A program made the position numbers and the translations under genes. Below are positions 40,511-55,490 of a DNA stretch of 64,000 bases, piece after piece (position 1 is the stretch's first letter; each line of letters opens with the position of its first letter). The notes beneath the pieces are model-generated. The model did not search any database. It worked only from the letters and a program-made list of their open reading frames with translations, and was not told where the DNA came from. This DNA is from the human T2T-CHM13v2.0 reference genome, Homo sapiens. The DNA is taken from NCBI RefSeq assembly GCF_009914755.1, contig NC_060946.1; one strand, 5' to 3'.

Positions 40511-41314
40511 AACTCAATGTTAGATACAGCCAAATGTCAAAATATGAGTTCTCAGAGGTCTCTGGGTTAGAGAATGGTCTTTCTGGCTGGTGGCACTTTT
40601 ATGATGTGCCTCAATATGTCTGGGACAAAGTGGCATTCAATTAACCCAGCTCCATCCACCCATCTGTCCACACACTTATGAGTCGTATGATCCTGGGTTC
40701 ATCAGTTCACCTTTGGGACACTCACTTCTAAACTGCAGGCCAAAATGCCAGTACTCACCCTTGCAGGAACGAGGACCAGAACACCTGAATGGGTAGTTAC
40801 CTGCTTTGGGAAAGTGACATGCTGGGTAGGCAGAAGGAAGTGTTCACACCAGTATCCCTCATCTCCATCAGGCTTGGCTCTGAGCCCAGGTCAGGCTTGA
40901 GCACAGCCAATCAGTGACTCATCCTTGCTGGGGGCATAGTCTGCTGTTGTGTTAGAAAAGCTAGACCACAATGATTAATTCAAGCATGATAAGAACGTCT
41001 GGGCTCTGACCATCTGCTACTGTGTGCCCTGGGGTAAGTCCCTTCCCTCTCTGGGCCTCAGCATCTCCAGGTACTTAGACCCTATGAACTCTAGGAACAT
41101 TTTAGCCTCAGACAATTGATGGAAAATTGCAAAGACTCCACGGGGGGGGGGGGTCTCCCTCAACTAGTTTCTCTTTGCCCTCATGTCTGGAAATCTAGTG
41201 GCAAAAATGCTTGCTCTCCTAACTAATTTGTATCCACCTCTGGCACAAAGAAACCTCAGGACTAGTTTTCTGTTCCCGCAATTAATAATATTATTGTTGT
41301 TGTCGTTGTTAATA

Positions 41315-41540
41315 TTCACTGCATTAACTGAACTCAATGTGCTGAGTCTTTTACACCCATTGTCTCTTTGAATCCTCAAACTAATCTCTTGGGCTAGATA
41401 CTATGATCCCTTTCTCTTAACAGATAAGGAAAGTGAAGCTCCCAAGACTTGATTAAGTAGCTCAAGGTCATCCTCAGTGCCAGGATCAGAAGCTGCAATT
41501 TGAACTGGGGAACTCTGGTCTAGCCTTTCAGCTCTCAGCC
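41315..41540 (-). mobile_element. MIR
   Basis: 'aacagataaggaaagtgaagctc...ttaagtagctcaaggtca'. Confidence 0.7.
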
Positions 41541-42133
41541 ATGAGACGGCACACCCAGCCCTGCAGATCAAAAAACAAACTTGCCCTTCCTCGCCTGAAA
41601 ACGCTCCCTCACCTTGGCCACCCGGCATGAAAACATTCTGAATCCAGACTGCCAAGAAAGAAGAATCAAGAAAAAAGGAAGAAAAGAAAAATGAAGAACG
41701 CTTTGTTCCTTGAACTGTTCTCCACAAGCATAGTCTCCGCCAGGTACATTACTTAACTGCGGAGGTGACCCCCGACACCCCCCCCCGCCCCCACCCTGGC
41801 TGCCTCGAGCTCCCTTGGCAGCCGGGTAGTCACGTGATGCCCAGACAGCCCTGGCTGCTATTCAAGCGTGTCCATGTGAAGCAGCTCCAGCGAGCATCGC
41901 TCCCAGAGGGGGAAGGCGGGGGCCCGAGTCAGCCTTGGACAAGGCCCCTCAGCCCCGCGCCAGAGAAGCCCCTGTCAGTGCCCACTGCCCTTTCAAAGAC
42001 ACTGCACGCTGGGCCTGCTCCCTGCACCCTTCCTTGCCCAGGAAGCAGCAGCGCAGGCCAGATGAAATGGCGGCCACAAGGTAGCATCGCTGAGGGGCTT
42101 CTGTTCATCAGAGTTCAGCCTGGTCTCCCGGCT

Positions 42134-42360
42134 TCACTCATTCATTAACTCACTCACTCATTTGTTCATTCAATCACTCATTCATTCATGCATTCATTCA
42201 TTCACTCACTCAGTCACTCATTCACTCATTTATTCCTTCATTTACTCCAAACTTCACTCAATCATTCACTCACCCAATTATTCACATGTTCCTTCACTCA
42301 CTCACTAATATATTCACAAATTACTTCACTTACTCATTCATTTATCCATTCATTCAATCA
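42134..42360. repeat. Degenerate (CATT)n, expanded tail of a minus-strand L2
   Basis: L2 resumes after the THE1 LTR at about 42723-42930. Confidence 0.75.
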
Positions 42361-42722
42361 TGTATTAGTCCATTTTCATGCTGCAGATAAAGACATGCCT
42401 GAGACTGGGTAATTTATAAAGAAAAAGGAGTTTAATGGACTCTCAGTTCCATGTGGCTGGGGAGGCCTCATAATCATGGAAAAAGGCAAAAGGCACGTTT
42501 TACATGGTGGCAGGCAAGAAAGAGTGAGAGCCAAGTGAAAGGGAAAACCCCTTATAAAACCATCAGCTCTCATGAGACTTATTCACTACCATGAGAACAG
42601 TATGGGGGAAACCACCCCCATGATTCTATTATCTCCCACCGGGTCCCTCCTATGTCACATGGGAATTGTGGGAGCTACAATTCAAGATGAGATTTGTGTG
42701 GGGACACAGTCAAATGATATCA
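42361..42722 (-). mobile_element. THE1B-like MaLR solo LTR
   Basis: 'tgtattagtccattttcatgctgcagataaagacatgcctgagactgggt...gatgagatttg...gatatca'. Confidence 0.9.
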
Positions 42723-44449
42723 ATTCGAACACAACATATCATCCACTCTTCTCTGCACTGGGGACATAACAGTGAGCAAAATAGATGAGATCTTTTTGGA
42801 GCCTCAGTCTAGCAGGGTAGATAACCATTAAACAATAAACACTTAATTATTCAATTGCAAACATGCTAAGTTTTAGAAAGGAAGAATAAAGCGTATGATC
42901 ATATATAATAGGGGCCCAGCCTTTTCAGACACCCAATTACAAAAGCATAGCTCAACTCCCTTTCACTCCCCATATTGCAAAGCAGATATCTACAAGATAT
43001 CTACAAGAATCATGAAGGCCTAAAAATATGTCAGTGTTGGAAGAAACATCAATGATTATCTGGCTCTTGGTGGCAAAAGGCAGTGACATGGTATGGTCAA
43101 GGGCTCAGACCTTTGAGTTGATTTCTGGGTTTGAATCCAGCTCTGCTATCAACTGCATGCCCTTGAATGAGCTATTGAAACAATTGGACTTGGTAGAGTG
43201 AGAACAAACAGAGTACTAGAGCTGTGGGGGAAGATTAAATGAGAGCCCTATGCAAATCATTTAGCATGGGCCTGCCCCTGGGCAGCAAACAGTGCATGCT
43301 ACCCTCGATCATGCTCTACTTTCATTGAGCATTGGAGGAGGGAACCACATGCCTTAGGATGATCCAGTAGGAGCCTGCACTTGAACCCAGGCCTCTGGGC
43401 TCCCAGTCCAGTGCTTTTTCCAAGCACAGAAGAACCTTTGATATACAATGGAAGAACCGCCATTCTCCTGTCTCCACCTGCCGTTCACCAGCCTCTGTCA
43501 TAAATGTCCCAGAATCCTCACCCAAGATCAAGTCCTGACATCCAAGTGTCCCCCACCCCAGGTGGCTGCACAGCTGTCTTCCGGGGCATCTTGGTTGGTG
43601 GGAGGGGAGAGAGAAGAAGGCATCTAACACACAGCTTCTATTTGCCATGTCAGGAGCAGTAACTTCTCCTAATTATTTCCTGGCTCCTGGATTCATTAGC
43701 CACCCCAGTATTAATTCAGATCACTGCATTTATCCCCATCTGTCCTAGATTCGTCACCAAGACACTGACGATGCTAATGTGGTGGTTTCAGCAATGAAAG
43801 AGCACTGCAGAGTTCAAATTGTTGTTCAGAAGGGGGAAGGGCTCTAGCAATTTTTGGTTTAGAACAAGCAATGAGAGTCCCCCACCAAACACACACACAC
43901 CACCCCCAAGCCCCCAATACCCCAAACCAGGCAGCCCAACGGCCCACGGGCAGATAACCTTCTGCCCTGGCCTCAGCATCAGAGAAATTCCTTTTAAATG
44001 ACTCCACAGACTTCCCCACCCACTGAGTTCCCCTCTTTGGCTAACAGATGGGCTCAGCTAACCATTCCCAGCTTTCTGATAAAGCAGTGTCAGGCAGTGA
44101 GGCCCCCTCGGAAAGGCATGCTTGGATAATAAATTCCAAGGCACCCCTGCCATCTGCAGGCTGCCAATCATGGGGGCGCTGGGCACACTAGGGCTCCCAG
44201 TCTGCTGCTGGTAGGGAGCTGGGGTGGGACCTCTGCGTGTGGGGAGGCAGCCTGCCCCTGCCGCCCCATCCTGCTCAGCCTGTGACCTGTCCCTTTTGAA
44301 ACGGTAGGGGCCAGTCCTGCTGCAACCCCTCTGTCTACTCACAACCCTCCCTGTCATGCGAGAACCAGCACACAGGCAGCACTGTAATGGAGGCAATAAT
44401 CGTGAACCACAAAGGCCGATAGTCAGATCTGCTGCCACATTTTGGCTCA

Positions 44450-44670
44450 GTCACATTCCAGTGCTTGACCTCAGGCCAGTGGCTTCCCCATAAGAGCCTC
44501 AGTTTCCCCATCTGTAAAATGACAGTTAAAGACACTCCCTCCCTGGTAGATTTTGTGTGAAGATGTAAGCAAAATGCGTGGCACAATGCTTGGCCCATGG
44601 ATATAAGTGGCAGCTGTCATTATCACCATCATCATTATTGTTAATATTATTCGTGTGGTTATTATCATTT
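44450..44670 (+). mobile_element. MIR
   Basis: 'gagcctcagtttccccatctgtaaaatg'. Confidence 0.8.
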
Positions 44671-44683
44671 AAAATACCAATTA

Positions 44684-44857
44684 GGTGCATGGTGGTGCAC
44701 TCCTGTAGTTCCAGCCACTCAGGAGGCTCAGGCGGGAGGATGGTGTCAGCCCTAGGAGTTCAAGGCTGCAGTGAGCTGTGATCGATCGTGCCACTGCACT
44801 CCAGTTTGGGTGAAGGAGCAAGACCCAGTATCTAAAAAATAGTAAAGTGAAATAAAA
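44684..44857 (+). mobile_element. FRAM / AluJ right monomer
   Basis: 'gtggtgcactcctgtagttccag...ggagttcaaggctgcagtgagctgtgatc'. Confidence 0.85.
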
Positions 44858-45305
44858 GGGCAGTTAGCCGGAAAAATTGACTTTATGATACTTGCTTCAT
44901 ATGATACTTATCTTGGAGGTGTGATAAAATATATGAGCTGTCTTAACCCAGCACAGAATGAGCCTTCAGGAAATGTTAATTGCCCCTGTCAATCTCAAAT
45001 TCTTTCATCTATTCATTCATTCATACAAGAGACATTCACTAAACATTGTGCCAGCCCTTGGGTTAGACCTGAAGAGAGAAAGAACAACCAAAAAAAAAAA
45101 AAGCAATTTTTACCTTTAAATCACTCACAGTCAAGGGAGCAAATAGAGCAGTCCCTGCAAAGACACAGGTTTCCATAGTGTTAGAGTGTGTTTGGAAAGA
45201 GGCCAGGCTTCCCAGATGACCCCTCCCTCTATCTCCCAAATAATAATAGAGGCTTTTTGTACCACATTGCTTGAACTCCTTCTGACTGCTGAGGTTTCCT
45301 GAGGT

Positions 45306-45490
45306 CAGGGATGTACAATGTGCAGTATAGGTACTGTTGTCTCCCATCCTGGGCCAAGGCAGACATCACTAATCAATCACAGCTGTCTTTCTCATTGAAG
45401 GAAGAAGACAGGACTCAGTCACTAGGAAGATTCCTTCCTCCTGGAAGTCACAGTCAGCTGATAAGAGCTGGCACCCAAGTTTTAAGCAAA
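45306..45490 (-). mobile_element. MER103C-like hAT element
   Basis: 'ggcagacatcactaatcaatcac...gagctggcac'. Confidence 0.65.
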
Positions 45491-45504
45491 TATAATCCCA
45501 GGCT

Positions 45505-45725
45505 TAGATTAGGGTTTAGACATGTCCAGCTATGTCTGGCCCAGAGCTTGTTTTTGTAAATAAAGTTTTATCGAAACACAGTCACACCCATTTCTTTACA
45601 TATTGTCTATGGCTGCTTTTGCACTATATGGGTATAGGATGAATAGCTTTGACAAAGACCATATTTCCCACAAAAGACAAAGTATTGATCCTCTGGCCCT
45701 TTACAGAAAACAGTTGTCTTTGCTG
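45505..45725 (+). mobile_element. MER58A
   Basis: 'gtttttgtaaataaagttttat...catattgtctatggctgctttt...ctggccctttacagaaaa'. Confidence 0.85.
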
Positions 45726-45829
45726 CAGAGGGTTTACTGTAAGAACTTGCAGTAAAGTGTGATGAGGCATCGTGAACTGAAACCGTAAGCATCTCGCCCA
45801 TATTCTGTCCACTCTCATACTCAAGCCTG

Positions 45830-46165
45830 CTTACTGTGCACACCTGTGACTCCCTGCTTCTAGATGTTGTTCTGGCCTTGGGAGCCTACTCTTCTGTGCA
45901 GAGGGCAGGTTGGAAGCAGCAGTGTTATTGCCCCTGAAAGCAGTCCTCAACCAAGAGGACGGTGAGGTGGGTAAACACCCTAGCCCCTGGACTCTCAGGT
46001 GAGAGAACACCAAGGTGGGTCACACTGCCTTCTGGAGGCTCCCAGCAGGACAAAACTCTACTTACTCACCATAGATAATAAAATTCCACCTCTCACTCTT
46101 AAGATAGTCTTTCCTAGGAATCCTTGCCTCAGAGTTGGCTTCTGAGAGAACCAGACAAAGAAGCT
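45830..46165 (+). mobile_element. LTR16-family fragment
   Basis: 'gcagtcctcaacca...gtaaacaccctagcccc...atccttgcctcagagttggcttctg'. Confidence 0.55.
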
Positions 46166-46469
46166 GTTGTTTCTCTCTCTGCCCCAGCTCTTCCAAGTCT
46201 AGAATGTGCTATGTGTTTTCAGGGGACTGAATCAGTGACTCATCCCACTGGGATGTTGCAATAGCTGTGGTGACCACGTCTCAGTGTGCATCTCACACGC
46301 AGACTTCCTGAGAGAGGGAGGCATTGATTATGCCACTTGTCACCAGCTGATGTAGCAGGATTTTGTGCCAAACCATCAGAGAAGGAGTTTCCATCTCTCG
46401 CTCCAGCCTCCCAGTGGCTGCAACTGCACAGGGTTCTGACAGTGAAGCTCTTAGTCTAGTCCACAAAAG

Positions 46470-46625
46470 CAGATTCCCATCCTGAAATGCCCTACTTCCC
46501 TGCTCTAGGCAGACATCACGAATCAATCACAGCCTGACTTCCTCTTGCATCTTTTTCAGTCAAGCACTCCAGGCAGGTGCTATCAGTGGTTGGGAACTGG
46601 CACACAAGATTAAACATATTCTATG
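46470..46625 (-). mobile_element. MER103C-like hAT element
   Basis: 'ggcagacatcacgaatcaatcac...gcactccaggcag...tggcacacaagat'. Confidence 0.65.
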
Positions 46626-47327
46626 GGGGAATGCCTAGGACAGAAGGCTGCATGAAAGGTATCACAATAGGAAGTATGGCATGAAATAGTTCTTCAAAAG
46701 AGAAACAAAATAGGCAAGTACAAATGATAAATGTAGGAAAGTGATGTCTCACAGTCATGTGTGTGAGTGTGTGTGAGGGAGGGAGGGAAAGAGAGAGAGA
46801 GAAAGAGAGACAGAGAGAGAAAGAGAGACAGAGAGGGAAATTGCAATTGTTTTTCTTTTTTTGCTTTGTTTTGTCTCTACACTGAGTGTCTACTTACTTG
46901 AGGCATGTTCACATTGAGCACCTATTATGTGCCAGGCCCTGTGTTAGGGGTACAATGACAATCAGGACTAACATGTAATTGCCTAATGGAAAAGATAACT
47001 ACAACTCAGTGTGGTAAGGCAAAGGCAGAATCTGTGGGAATCTTCACAGATTGGGCCGCAGAGCACCTGAGTTTCTCCTTTATGACAATGAGAATCACAA
47101 TTAGACAACTAGAATCACAACTAGAATGCTGCAGTTATTTGTGAGATTGTGTGCTAAGCCTCCCTCTCACTCTTTCCCCCTCTCTCTCACTTAGACTACA
47201 AACTCCCAGAGGGTAGGCACTGCATCTTGTTTGCTCCTTGCCCCATACACTGGGCCTAGATCGGTGCCTGGCACAGGGCAGGTGCGCATAATCAGTCCCT
47301 CTGGCTTCATTAAAAAGTGGAGCTGGG

Positions 47328-48091
<764 letters not shown>

Positions 48092-48734
48092 CTAGTACCC
48101 AGTTATTAACAACTCTGTTCTGAACAGAGTTTAATTTTTCTGTTCACTCATAGGCTCAGGTCTCTGAGATCTTTAGTTGAGAGCACAGGTATCAGCAACC
48201 GGGACTTAGGCTATTGATGGACAGGTTTGCGCTCCTGGAGTGTCAATATATAACACGCAATTTGTCTTTCAGCCGCAAGGTCACCTTGATTGCTCTTCTT
48301 TCAGTTAGGGGAAAGTATTTTCTACACACTGAGGTTTTGGATCCCCAGAGTTCCAGAGGCAGCTAGCGGAGAGACAAAGCATAACTTTCTACTTTCTGCC
48401 TTTGATGCATAGGTTACTGAGCCCTTTGGAACCTTAGTTTTCTCCTCTGTACAGTGGGGCCAATAATGATGACTTGCCCAGAGCAGTTGTGGAGTCCAGT
48501 GTCTGACACATACTAAGCGCTCATTATCAAAGGCTGTACTCATGAGGGAGATGATGATGGTGAAGATGATGATAAGATATTGGAGCAGGCAGAGGCCCAG
48601 TTTTGCAGAGCAGGAGGGAAACTGAGGCCTAGAGGTTGGAAGTGACTGGACCAAGTTCACCTGAGGAATCACTTACAGAGCTAGAATCCAATGGAAGATC
48701 CTAAGAGCCAATTCATATGCTCTTTCCTCTTGAA

Positions 48735-49297
48735 TTGCAATTCCCAAACTGTGTGTCAAGGCACCCTGGGGTGCCTGGGCAGACTCACAGGAACATTGCA
48801 AGGTATTATAAATTGTCAAGGTAAACACAGCGATATTGGACATCTGTTAAATGCCATGAGAATGACTAGCTTGAGGTCATTCACAATTCCAGCATTAGAT
48901 CACCCAACATTCCTTTTGATGATGTCGTATCTTCGTGACCCTGGGTTTTTGGTGGCTGCTGTGATAAAAAGCAAGAACTATGCCAAAGTCAATGTGGAAC
49001 AGGAAATGAGGGTGACAAAGTCCGATCTGATTTCAAGGTTTCAGAAGCCATGCAGTGCCCAACCGGTGCACACATTTCAATAGGAAGTGATTGTGCTTAC
49101 AATATTATTTTTTGATTAACTTGTGTGTATTATTTTTTTCAAATGGCTGCTAAGTTGTTAGGATGTAAGTGCTTATTGCGTTGTTTGCACTTGAAGACCC
49201 AATAAGCAGGACTGGCAGAACCATTAAGGATTTATTTTGCTGAAATAATTCCTGAACACTAAGGGTGCCATGTACTGGGAAAGTTTGGGAACTTCTG
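48735..49297 (+). mobile_element. Charlie4a (hAT) deletion derivative carrying a transposase C-terminal remnant
   Basis: TIRs 'ttcccaaact' and 'agtttgggaa'; translation 'SYLRDPGF..VIKSKNYAKVNVEQEMRV..LISRFQKPCS' resembles the Charlie/hAT transposase C-terminus. Confidence 0.8.
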
Positions 49298-49641
49298 CTC
49301 CATATACTAGGCACCCCCCTACCCCCATCTGGGAAGGAGGCAGGAAGCTCTGAGCCTCCAGCCAAGACTGAGGCATGTGGGAGAATGGTTAAATGCCTTG
49401 CAAACAAGAGGGACATGAACAGTAAACCTGATTTCTCAGTTGCTGCCAAGTCATTGTTTATTTAGAAACAGCAGTGTGGGCACATCAGAAACCATGTCCT
49501 CCTTGTTGCTCAGCAAGATGGGCAACTTATCCATTCAGCTAACATACAACTGGCATTTACTCTATGTCTGCACTGTCCTGGTACAGTGGTAAATGAGGCA
49601 GTCTCTATCTTCAAAGGTAGGAAAGGAGGAAGGATGGGAAG

Positions 49642-49981
49642 TTATATGGTTTGGCTGTGTCCCCACATAAATCTCATCTTGAATTATAGCTCCCATAATT
49701 CCCACATGTTGTGGGAGGTAATTGAATCATGGGGATGGGTCTTTCCCATGCCTTTCTCATAGTAGTGAATAAGTCTCATGAGATCTGATGGTTTTTTGAA
49801 GAGAAATTCCCCTGCACATGCTCTCTTGCCTGCTGCCATGTAAGACGTGACTTTGCTCCTCCTTCACCTTCCACCATGATTGTGAGGCCTCCCCAGCCAT
49901 ATGGAACTATGAGCTCTTTCTTTTATAAATTACCCAGTCTCAGGTATGTATTTATTAGCAGTGTGAGAACAGACTAATACA
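49642..49981 (+). mobile_element. THE1C-like MaLR solo LTR
   Basis: 'atatggtttggctgtgtcccc...ccatgattgtgaggcctccccagcc...gactaataca'. Confidence 0.9.
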
Positions 49982-50225
49982 GGAGAGAAGGAAGAAGAAG
50001 AGACTATTCTTTTTACTAATAAAACTCTGAGAAACACAGGCTCAGAGAGGCTAAGTACACTACCCAGAATCACACAGAATAAAAAAAGTTGGATAATTTA
50101 CAGCTAAGAGAATGCCCTATACCACTCATCTTGAGCACTTATGGTCTAATCTGAGAGATCGACACAAGCATATAAGTAATATTTGGAGGGAAAATTTGAC
50201 CTCACTCAAGAATGGGTATGGATAT

Positions 50226-51595
50226 CATGGTGCTGGCATAAGGACGGACATATAAATCAGTGGAATCAAATTGAGGGTCTAGAAATAAACCAGACCTCTC
50301 TGGGTAACTGATTTCTGACAAGGATGCCAAGATTCTTTAATGGGGGAAAAATAGTCTTTCAACAAATAGTGGTAGAGACAAATGAATATCCATATGAGAA
50401 AGAACAAAACTCAAAATGGATCATAGAGCTAAACATAAGAGCTAAAATTATAAAACTCCTAGAAGAAAATTTAGGAGTAACTGTTCATAACTTTGGGTTA
50501 GGCAATTGTTTCTTAGATATGATACCAAAAGCACAAAAGACAAAAAAAAATACAAATTAGATTTGATCAACATTAGAAACATTTGTGCTATAAATAAGAT
50601 CATAAAGAAAGTGAAAAGATAACCCACAGAATGGAAGAAAATATTTGCAAATCATACATCTAATAAGGAATTTGTATCTAGAATATATAAAGAATGCTTA
50701 AGACTCAGTAACCAAAAGACAAAAATAACCCAATTCAAACATAAGAAAAGGATTTGAATAGGCATTTCCCCAAAGCAAATGTACAAATGGCCAATAAGGA
50801 CATGAAAAGATACTCAGCATTATTGAGCATTAGGAAAATTCTCATTAAAAGCACCAGGAGATAGCACTTTGATGCCTACTAAGATAGCTATAATCGAAAA
50901 GGCAGACAATAACAACTGTTGGCAAGGATACGGAGAAATTGAAACCTTCATACATTGCTGGTGGGAATATTAAATGGCACAGCCCTTGTAAAGAATTCTG
51001 GCAGTTCCTCAAGATGTCAACCATAGAGTTACCATGTGACCCAGCAATTCCACTCCTAAGCATACATCCAAGAGAAACAATAACATATGTCCACACAAAA
51101 ATTTGCACAAAAATGTTCATTGTGGCACTATTCACAATGGCCAAAATATGGCAACAACCCGAATGTCCATCAATTGCTGAATGGATCAACAAAATATGGA
51201 ATATCATGGAATATTATTCAATGATAAGAGGGAATGTAGTATTGACACGTGTGACAACATGAATGAGCCTTAATTATGCTACGTGAAAGAAGCCAGTCAC
51301 AAAAGGCCACATATTGTATGACACTATTTATATGAAATGTCCAGAATAGGCACATCTATAAGAACAGGACATAGATGAGTATTTGTCATGGGCTGAATGC
51401 TGGGAGTAAACCGGGGGTGACTAGTAATGGGTCGGGTTTTCTTATTGGGATGGTGAAATAGTCTAAAACTGGATTTTGGTGATAGCTATACAACACTGTG
51501 AATAAACTCAATCTATTGAACTGTGCACTTTAAATGGATGAATTTTATGGAATGTTAATGATATCTCCATAAGGCTATTTTAAAAATTAAAAAAT
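50226..51595 (+). mobile_element. L1MB 3' portion (ORF2 remnant and 3'UTR)
   Basis: ORF 50939-51262 'ELPCDPAIPLLSIHPRE...MFIVALFTMAKIWQQPECPS' is L1 ORF2; L1MB-type 3'UTR. Confidence 0.9.
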
Positions 51596-51896
51596 ATATA
51601 TGTGTTGGGGGTGGTGGGATGGCTGAGCATACAACTGTGGAGGAGGCAGGGGCCAGAGAGAAGGAACCTGGATTTTTCTCTGGAGGGCAATAGAGAACAG
51701 TAGAAGCTTTTCAACAAGGAAGCCACAAGGTTAGAGACCAGGGAGCAGGATCCTGCAGAAACCCAGGGTACATGATCAGACCTGATTTAGGGCAGTGTTC
51801 TAGCAGGAAGCAGAGGGAACAAGCAGGTCTGAAAGCAATTTAGCAGGCAAAACTGATAGGACTTAGTAACAGATCGAAGGGAAGTGAAGAATAGCT

Positions 51897-52260
51897 GGAA
51901 TGCTACACAGCCATAAAAAGGAATGAAAATCACGTCCTTTACAGAAACGTGGATGAAACTGGGAGGCCATTATTCTAAGTGAATTAATACGGGAACAGAA
52001 AAACAAATACATGTTCTCTCTTATAAGTGCGAACTAATCATTGAGCATATATGGACACAAAGAAGGGAATAATAGACACCGGGCCTTTTTGAAGGTGGAG
52101 AGTGGGAGGAGGGTGAGGATTGAGAAACTAATTATCAGATACTATACTTATTACCTGGGTCATGAAATAATCTGTATGCCAAACTTCTTCAACATGCAAT
52201 TTACCCATGTAACAAACCTGCACATGTACCCCTGAACCTAAAATAAAAGTTGGAAAGAGA
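51897..52260 (+). mobile_element. L1PA15/16-like 3' end inserted in L2
   Basis: 'gccataaaaaggaatgaaa...gtaacaaacctgcacatgtacccctgaacctaaaataaaagtt'. Confidence 0.85.
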
Positions 52261-52884
52261 AAGAAATGAAGTGGAAGAGCAAGGTACAGGGATAGGCACA
52301 GAGTCGGTCCTCAGTACAGGCATGCAGAGCCAATAAATGAATAAATGCTGCTTATTCTAGTAGATCTCACTGTTGTTCCTAAGTCTTGATTCTGTTCCTG
52401 ATAAAACTGTCTAAAATGGCGTGGGGTTCAGGCTCTAGATTCTACCAACATTCTGCAACCTTGCCCTCCATGCTCCCTTCCACTGGAGAAAGGGTTAGGA
52501 AACTAACGTGTACTGAGACCAACAGGGGCAGGTGCACTCTGATGGGGAGGTGCCCATCTTGCTTCCTGTTATACCTAGCCTTGAACTGAGAGTGCAGTAG
52601 GCACTCAGTAAGTATGGGTTACATTAATGAGTGAATAAAACAGTATCGCATATTGAATTTTCTTAACAATTGTATAAAGTTAATACAATTACCACCACTT
52701 TCACCAGGGGGAAACCTAAACACAAAGTGGGCTGAATGACCACCCCGAGGGCTGGAAGGTGGTAACCTCTAGGAGTCAAGACTTAAAAGTCCAGTTGGCC
52801 AGGAGCTAGAGTCTTGGAGGATCCCAAACACCATTTATTCAATTGATCCATTCATCTATTTAATTTAATATGATTTTTTGGGAT

Positions 52885-53345
52885 CTTTGGGAGATGCCAT
52901 CACTGCCCTTTCATACCTTCTTGTCTTCATTTTTCTGGGGCATTCCAGCCCAACCTCCAACTGCCAATGTGTGTATCTTTTTCCCCAAGGGTTTCTCTGG
53001 GCACTGGAGCTTTCACTGCCTATGAACATGGTGGAAAGGAACTGCCTGGAAATTAATGATACTCCATCCCCACCCTCAGGAGCAGCCTTCAACCCACAGT
53101 ATGAAAGTTGGTGTATAAATACCCCAGCTCCCTCTCTCACTCAGTTTCACACTGTCTCCCAGAGGTCCTCAGTAGGAGTAGGTTCCAGTGGCCCATGGTG
53201 GTAATGCCCTTCACAATGTACCCCATATTGGTGCCCTTATCATCCTGTCTTACTTCCCCACCACCATACAGGTGCTTCAGGAATCATCCATGTGTACTAC
53301 AGTCCTGGTTTTAGGGCCTGCTGCTGGAGGGGCCCAAACAAACAG
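52885..53345 (+). mobile_element. LTR16C-like ERVL LTR
   Basis: 'ggagcagccttcaacc...gttggtgtataaataccccagctccct...cacactgtctcccagagg'. Confidence 0.7.
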
Positions 53346-54189
53346 GCACCTCCTCTGTGCCAGGCACTAGGCACTGGGGATATCTGGTAGGGAAACTAGT
53401 AAGGTTTGATCTTCTGAGGGCCACCAGGCTCATGGGACTGGTGGACAAGTGTAACACACAATTATATGCAAGTGTAACACACAAGTTAACACACAAGTGT
53501 AACACACAAGACATGCCTTCTCAACCAAACTCAATTTATGAAGTCTGTTGCCTTGGAACCAACATCTTCGCCTCTCCCTTTTTTTTTTGCAAGCCAGCTA
53601 CCTAAACCTAACTAATCCCATTAAATGCCAAGATTCTTGGTGGCAGCCTCACCTCTGGCTCTTGACAACTTGAGCAGCAGAAAGGCAGTAGTTTCTACAT
53701 CTGACAGAAGCTCATGGAGAAACCACAGCAACATCTAGAATCCAACTGGTGGGAGGAGTGTAGACAGGAGGTTTTCTGCCATCTCACCATCCAGCAAAAC
53801 CCTCCTGCTCCCCAGGCCCCAGCTCCCGGCTAAAGCAATTAAGTCACTTACTGCCAGGACCTGGAGGTGGCGGTAACATATAATCACAAACATAAACAGT
53901 TTTATATGGTAATTATGAATTCTGTCTGTTTTTTTTTTATCAGTGCAACCCAGGCTGAAGATTATTTTCTGCTTGATATAATTCTAATTTTGATCCATCC
54001 TTCCCACCCACCCCCACCCAACTTCAGAAGGATTAAGATGGGGGTATGGGTAATAATTTGGGATATGACAGAATTGAGGCATCTGTTTTCAGGTCTTGTT
54101 CTACACGGATTCGACCAAAGTCGATTTGCTCCTGATGCTCCATCCTATGTTAGGTTAAATATCCTAATGGAATAACTCGCCATTCCACG

Positions 54190-55490
<1,301 letters not shown>

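Noticed and set aside
45357-46533. Near-identical 27-mer 'aggcagacatcac(t/g)aatcaatcacagc' twice within 1.2 kb
   Set aside because: Explained by two independent MER103C-like copies rather than a novel repeat.
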